A DNA stretch of 35,737 nt from Prasinococcaceae sp. CCMP 1430 (lineage: Eukaryota > Plantae > Prasinodermophyta): NCBI GenBank assembly GCA_013416795.1, contig RQSC01000020.1:41857-77593 (forward strand). The letters are read 5' to 3'. Position numbers and translations under genes: made by a program. Positions 31,001-35,737 of this stretch are shown here, one piece after another. Position 1 is the first letter of the stretch. Each line of letters opens with the position of its first letter. Under the pieces are notes generated by a model. That model had not been told where the DNA came from and ran no database searches. It saw only the letters and a program-made list of their open reading frames with translations.

Positions 31001-32616
31001 GCCGCAGGCGTCGCAGTGGCGTCGGTGTGCAAGCTGATGTGAATGTGCTGGATCGCGGAGAGACGAGGCGCCTGAGCGCTGCCGTAGGACAGTGGCAGCT
31101 CGAATGAAACGTGCGGCGAGATGCTGAGCAGCTTGGACGGAGTGGGCGGACCATCGCTCGGGCTGAATACGGCGGCCTCGTCCGCAAGCAAAGCGCACTC
31201 CAAATGCAGGTGATGTGCGGCCAGTACCGCCGTCGAGGTCGCTCGCTTGACGGCGTCCAGCTCACCCGCAGGCCCGTGCAACAGTAGCGTGTGTCCCAGC
31301 GGCACAGGGCACCTCTCAAAAAACATGAGCGTGCGCACCGAGGCATTCTCTTTTCCCGTCAAATGAGCGGTGGACTGCATCGGCTCTATGTAGAAGCTGC
31401 CGCACATGCCGATGGCGCGCAGCAAAAGGCCACTCTCCCTCGTGATGAGGTCGTCCGCCGACTGCAGTACCTCAGCGCCGGTTGCGCGCGCAACGCGATC
31501 CATGAGGGAGTCGCGGACGTTCAGCACGAGCGCCACGCCCTCCTGTAGAAGTAGGTCACGCGCGAGGCGACTCACCGAGCCTCCAACGAGCAGCACATCT
31601 GGCCTCAGCGCGGCGATGCGCTTCACGGTCACTCGCAGGTAGCCTTGCTCCTGCTCCATGACGGTCTCGATTGAGCTCAGGCGGCTGGCCCCACGTTGAT
31701 ACTCGAGGCGGCCACGCAGCAAAAGCACGCGGCAGTCAGACACGCTTGATCGCATCTGCCGATGCGCGACGTTCTTGCGGCATGCAATGCCAGCCACTGC
31801 GCGGCTGTCCTCGCGCGCGCCCCATGGCAAGCGCTTGATTTTCACGTAGTGCTTCGGGTGCATCCTCTGAGCTGTTTGCGCAGACGTGGCGCGCAGAGAA
31901 GCTGCCGCACCGCGCGCCAGGGACGCCACGACGGGCGCCCACGCCTCGCGGGACTCGGACGACAGACCTCCCTCAGCGGCAAGCTCCTGGCGAACGATGG
32001 CCTGCAGTTGCGCCGTCGCCCTTTCCTCGAGCGGCGCCGCCCGCGCGAGCGGGCCGTCCTGCGCGCCAAGGAAGGCAGGATTCTCGGCCGCCGGGGGAAA
32101 CCATCCGCTGAGGTCCTCGCCGTGCTCGTGGGCGTCGCCGCCGACGCCCCCGCCAGCAGCAGCGTCTTGCACGGCGGGCTCCGGCGAGCTCCCGCCCCAC
32201 TCCGCAGTCGCCCCGCCCGACTGCGCATCTGTGGCACCCCTGGAATTCTCCTGCTCGTCTGCGCCCTCATCGCTCCCAACCTCGGCCCCAGCGGCTTCAG
32301 CCCGGAGCAGCTTCGCCGTGTCGCCATCATCGAGGGTGGCCGTCGCCCGTCGGAGCCACTCGACCGTAGTCTGCGGTGTCGCCCCCCTTGTTATGCTGGC
32401 GCTGCTGGCCTCCAGCCCGCTCCGCGATGCGCGCACTGGCGTGAAGGTGCCCAGCGTCAGCGGCAGGCCGGGCCGCTCCTCGCGTTCCCTGCTCACCGCG
32501 GGGGATTCCAACTGCGAGCCATCCGCGCTGGTGCCGTGCGCCGCGCCAGGCGTCGCCGGCGCCTCCTCGCCGCCGGCGCCCAGCACGTCCCTGAGCTTCC
32601 TCGCCAGGCGCCTCAT
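28033..32616 (-). CDS. FAB1: Phosphatidylinositol-3-phosphate 5-kinase (FAB1/PIKfyve) with no recognisable FYVE domain; single long exon
   Basis: CCT-like domain (YVKIKRL...RKNVAHRQM...LLLQEGVALVLNV); kinase motifs GGKSGAFFAKSWDDRFVIKQ, MENL, YDLKGS, DENL, VMDYSML, GIIDWVRQYTWDK. First ATG at 32616. Confidence 0.92.
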   Translation of the reverse strand: MRRLARKLRDVLGAGGEEAPATPGAAHGTSADGSQLESPAVSREREERPGLPLTLGTFTPVRASRSGLEASSASITRGATPQTTVEWLRRATATLDDGDTAKLLRAEAAGAEVGSDEGADEQENSRGATDAQSGGATAEWGGSSPEPAVQDAAAGGGVGGDAHEHGEDLSGWFPPAAENPAFLGAQDGPLARAAPLEERATAQLQAIVRQELAAEGGLSSESREAWAPVVASLARGAAASLRATSAQTAQRMHPKHYVKIKRLPWGAREDSRAVAGIACRKNVAHRQMRSSVSDCRVLLLRGRLEYQRGASRLSSIETVMEQEQGYLRVTVKRIAALRPDVLLVGGSVSRLARDLLLQEGVALVLNVRDSLMDRVARATGAEVLQSADDLITRESGLLLRAIGMCGSFYIEPMQSTAHLTGKENASVRTLMFFERCPVPLGHTLLLHGPAGELDAVKRATSTAVLAAHHLHLECALLADEAAVFSPSDGPPTPSKLLSISPHVSFELPLSYGSAQAPRLSAIQHIHISLHTDATATPAAGGVYEGPSLRRLDFYDVADAPLGHFVLSALQSAMRNEGDDAGVLKPRWLCTYAHGTGLLTMHTLCVPPERVLPQDGNIWIWCCPRGQAAPAGPQLVRRRLSEAAGASSFGVFLDEAFNASTLTTLSHPDISLHHGQDRIFASGGAALRVRYMPVRVRRVRLPPRFPERDPASWAAHVGEEAGLLVEVARDAFDTVRESLARLDARLRGTGNSDTSLPEANLARLRSLVESVGGEERVFSSKLTDLGLPPLRPPSEAALKEREVRQALLNRLIAADTDVDASSPVAGGVATGGSSPEGSESGEEQSKGSDSSPDRALPDPFELYRLLRLLAATMRTWVSTLADFEASMDPPPRHRRGNSSGGGSGDAAASNGGGIDGPVPTRKSSVALTYSRGEAGDASEASGEQREGRMHRRSSSLSSMNLAATAATDGVAVAASAGAVAPESSMAPELGGDAGAGVVPRIQRAPSAAMLAENVPSDNVPGSPSLRASEGRHRRGKSLDPHSAATSGGFSRFSIASFGSDGPSPTFLGLLPSCGRIMASPGVDDTVIPIHDDEPTSVIAHALASQDYGRKLVAARRAAAAAASAAPSSAGGAGPDPEPSHSTPPASPLHRLDTTSVESRAKPSGSSGPQWSAAQRDTLRSSMESSEPTHVRFTLNDDGVSSGRPSSQYAVTVYYAAQFDAMRRLALGNADFVRSLSRCRKWHPRGGKSGAFFAKSWDDRFVIKQLGRTELIGFLGFAPSYFQYVARILCDEGDGETTASALAKVFGVYQVTVKLARGNGEIKMDLLVMENLLYGRTGRVERIYDLKGSMRSRYIRTQSDNEGDGDQMDSGVVLQDENLVEASREAPIYVEAAHAAALERAVWNDTAFLSALGVMDYSMLVAVVSDPEEIAGGGSGGQLVVGIIDWVRQYTWDKQVETWVKSSALLGGSKDGAAPTVISPAEYKDRFRSQMAAYFPAIPTQLTHLPASESADAERHSGMATSSSAAPAS

Positions 32617-33162
32617 GCGCGGGGCGTGGTCGGCAACGCGGGACAAAACTTGCCCTCCCCACCCCCCAGCCCACTAAATACACCCCTCCTCTCCGCCTCA
32701 CCCCGCCTCCCCCTCCCTCCACACCCCACCACACACACGCCCGCCCCCCCTCCCCCCCCTGCTCCCTCTCCCCCCTCTGGTGGCGCGCGAGCGCTGTGTT
32801 TGGATAAGGCCATGGTTTGGGGTGGAAAGCGTTGCGAATTAAGGTGAGAATCAATGATACGTCATTATACAGTTCAAAATAGTGTAGAGGGTTCCTGAAC
32901 TGTCAAGGAGCTCGGAGTCGAACCTCGAACAGGCCTCGCGAAGGTCACCTCGACTCCTGGAGGCCCGGGCCGCGAGAGGTGGCAGGCGGGGGGGGGGGCG
33001 CGCGGGCGCCCGCCTGCGCGCACCTGCGCAGCCCGCGCTCGCTCGCACGCATGGGGCCGGAGGATGCTACAGTACTGTACATGTACAAGTGGCCACGCGC
33101 CGCTGCGCGTCACGGCGGCCCTCGGCGAGCACGCCAGACGGCGCCTACTTCGAAACGCGCGC

Positions 33163-35075
33163 CTACTTCGACTCCGTCTTCTGGACCATCTCGTGCACGC
33201 GCTCGAGCCACGGAAGCGTCGAGCCGAACGCGCCGCTGGCGACATCTTTCAGGTCGGCCAAGGCGAAAGTGTCCACGTCCTCCAGCAGGTGTCGGCGGCG
33301 TGGAGGCGCTGCGGCGAGCACACGTGCGCGCCGCTCGGGCGGCATGGCGGCGAGCGCGCGTGTGAGCCACGTGCGCAAGTCCAGGATGCGAGCGAGCGCA
33401 CCCACGCGGTTGTACAGGTCGGGAGCCGCCGCCGACACGTTGAGCATGGGCCTCGAGGACACGCTTTGCAGGAAGTCCGCAACCTGTGCGGCCCGGCGAC
33501 GCGCGCGCACGAGAGGCGTCCGCGAGTTGGCGGGCCGCCGCACGAGTCAGCGATGCGGCGCGACGCGCGGGCACGCGCCCGGTGGCGCGACGCGCGGGCG
33601 CACGACGCGGAGCGGAGGGGGAGGCGCGGCAAAGACCACGCAGGCGCACGCCTCACCTGCGCGCACACCCTGCGCTCGCGAAAGTCCCACGAGTGCAGCA
33701 CCGCGCCTGGGAGCACCTCGGCGTCGTTGCGGTGACACGCCGCGCAGTACGCGCGCCGCGAGTACGCGCATGCGCGCACCGGCGGATGGGTGGCCGCGGG
33801 TGCGCCGCAGCCAGCGCACGCCCCGCCCTGCGCCAACAGGAGCTGGGCGATCACCAGGTCGCGGCTGCGCGGTGGCGGGTCGGTCACCAGCCGCACGGGC
33901 GCGCCGAAGGTGCTCGCGCGACTGCGGCCGCCGTCTCGCGCCGCGCCCGCCCCGCCTCCGCCGCCGGCAACGCCCGCGGCGTACTCCGTCGGAGACTGAG
34001 GCGCAGCGGCCCCAGAGGCCCCCGCGACGGCATGGACCTGAGCGCCGTCATCGCCGCCGAAGATGGCCCGCGCGACGTACGAGTACACGCTCTGCTGCGG
34101 CTGTGCGAGCTTCACGAGCTGCGATTTGCCCGCCGCGAGCTCGGTGCCCTCGCGGGCGAGGAAGAGGCGGAGCGCCGAGGCGAGGACCTCCTTGGTGGGC
34201 TCGTCGAGGGCGCCGGCGGCGCCGCAGGCGCCGTGGGCCCAGCGGAGTGCCTCTTCGAGCTGTTCGCGTCGGGCGTCGACCACGGCGCGCGAGCGCCGGC
34301 CCAACGCGCCACGCCACGGGCTGCTCGCCACGCGCCACGCGTCGCCGAGCTCCAGGGCGGGGCACGCCGCGAGGATGCGCTTGCGCAGCTCAACGAACTC
34401 GCTGAAGCGGCGCATGCGCGTGAGCGTGGCGACGCCGCCCGATGGGCCCATGGACAGCTCCACCGCGTAATCGGTGTGTTCCGCCGTGACTGCAGTCGGG
34501 ATGGAGATGCGCCTGACGCCCCGCACCCACTCGAGGTCGGAGGACGCAGGCGGCGCGTCCGCCCGCGCGCCCGCGCGTCCGGCCGGCGCGCCTTCTCCGC
34601 CGAGCAGCACGGCACCCAGGTCTTCCAGCACGCCGGCCGCGCGTGCATCGTCCGTGCCTGCGTCCTTGTCGCGTGGCGCGTCCGCCCGCCCTTCCCCACC
34701 GGCCCCGGGCTGCGCGTCGACGCCGTCGCCGAGCGCGTTCGGGACGTCGACGCGGACGAACGACGCCTCGGCGGGCCCGTCGCCGTCGCGTCCCGCCGCC
34801 TCCCGGAGGTTCCCCACCCCGCGCGCCGCTGACGCGCCGGCGAGGACGCTCTCTATGTCGTCGATTGCCTCCTCGTCCTCGGAGTTGGCCTCGAGCGCGG
34901 CGCTCTCCGCCAGCAGCGCCGACAGGTCCCCGTCGGCGTCGGCGACCCACGAGGCGGACGCGTCGGACGCGAACGAGGCGTCCAGGCCGCCGCGCGAGCC
35001 CTGCGCGAGTTGATGTGTCGCGCGGGGGGACTGGGTGGTGCCCGGCGGCCGCGAGGACTCGCGGCAGTGGGCCAT
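33163..35075 (-). CDS. PX domain + Rubicon-homology (zf-RING_9-like) protein; intron 33484-33656; start uncertain (ATG 35075 or 35153)
   Basis: PX: DYAVEL...RRFSEFVELRKRI...VDARREQLEEAL. RH: CAGCG...CAYSRRAYCAACH...PGAVLHSWDF...VCAQ|VADFL...PMLNVSAAAPDLY...HLLEDVDTFALADL. Intron CAG|GTGAGG...CTGAC...CACAG|GTT. Confidence 0.82.
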
Positions 35076-35737
35076 CGCGCCGGCGGCATGCGTGGGAGCC
35101 GAGGAGTGGGAGCGGCTCGACGCGCGGCTGCGCGCCGCCCTCCTCCCCGCCATGCGGCGCGCGTACGGCGTGCCGGACTCGGCCTCCCTCACGCTGCGCG
35201 CGGCCGACACGCGCGTCGTGCGCTACGCCGCCGCCTCGCACACCGCCGAGCTGCCGCTGCACGCGGACGGCTCGCCCCTCAGCGCCGTCGTCTCGCTCAA
35301 CGAGAGCTTCGAGGGGGGCGGCACGTTCGTGCGCGCGCTCGACGCCGTGCTGAGGCCGCGGCTGGCCGGCGACGCGCTGGTCTTCTGCGGGGCCTTCCTC
35401 CACGGCGCCGCGCCCGTGTGTGAGGGCGTGCGGTATGCGCTCACGTGCTTCGTCGAGTGGGAGGGCGAAGGGCTCGACGCGCTCGAGGCGAGCCTCAGAA
35501 ACATCGCCGCCGCGGAGGAGGCGGCCAGCTGCCTCTTCTACTCGCGCGTGTGCCAGAGCGGCAACTGGATGGTGCGCGAGCTGCACGGCGTTGGAGGCGG
35601 CGCCGACGGCCCCGAGTCGCGCGCGGCGCCCGACACTTGCGACCGCTGCGGTCGCGAGCGCCCAAGCGCGCGCGTGCTCAGTCGCTGCGTCGAGCGCGGC
35701 TGCTGCGGCGCGGCGGTGTGCACTGCGTGCGCGGCGG
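35014..35737 (+). CDS. 2-oxoglutarate/Fe(II)-dependent oxygenase (prolyl/lysyl-hydroxylase-like) with C-terminal Cys-rich region; runs off the window end; absent from the ORF track
   Basis: Manual translation: VVRY...LPLHADGSPLSAVVSLNESFEGGGT...LVFCGAFLHGAAPVCEGVRYALTCF. HxD at 35260, distal His at 35401, 2OG-binding Arg at 35431. The frame is open from 35014 to the end. Confidence 0.88.

Noticed and set aside
9300-33656. Introner-like repeated introns
   Set aside because: The inferred introns share only splice and branch signals; I saw no extended similarity between them.

Overview
Gene-dense, very GC-rich (roughly 70% by eye) eukaryotic nuclear DNA from a green alga, inferred from plastid-pathway genes and GT-AG introns with CTGAC-type branch points. 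There are three N gaps. Most ORFs in the supplied track are antisense shadows of GC3-rich genes. Supported genes in order: SQD1 (3' part), an intronless ~2240-aa coiled-coil protein, an ABCI10/ECF-type ATPase, a small orphan hydrophobic protein, an FG-GAP propeller gene with a frameshift, a secreted acidic/poly-Lys protein, DXR, a mitochondrial TatB-like protein, an acyl carrier protein lacking its DSL exon, farnesyltransferase beta, a BDP1-like SANT protein, a DUSP-type ubiquitin protease, a TL29/APX4-like protein preceded in frame by an alphaproteobacterial pheT fragment, a FYVE-less FAB1 kinase, a PX + Rubicon-homology protein, and a 2OG-Fe(II) oxygenase missing from the ORF track. Strongest leads: (1) the secreted protein's stop codon lies inside a consensus 5' splice donor that is phase-compatible with the ATG-less FG-GAP exons; (2) the pheT/TL29 chimera beside a gap, probably an assembly artefact; (3) head-to-head abutting or overlapping PX-RH and oxygenase frames; (4) a perfect 36-bp palindrome and shared promoter words. 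No CRISPR array, rRNA, tRNA or transposase was seen.
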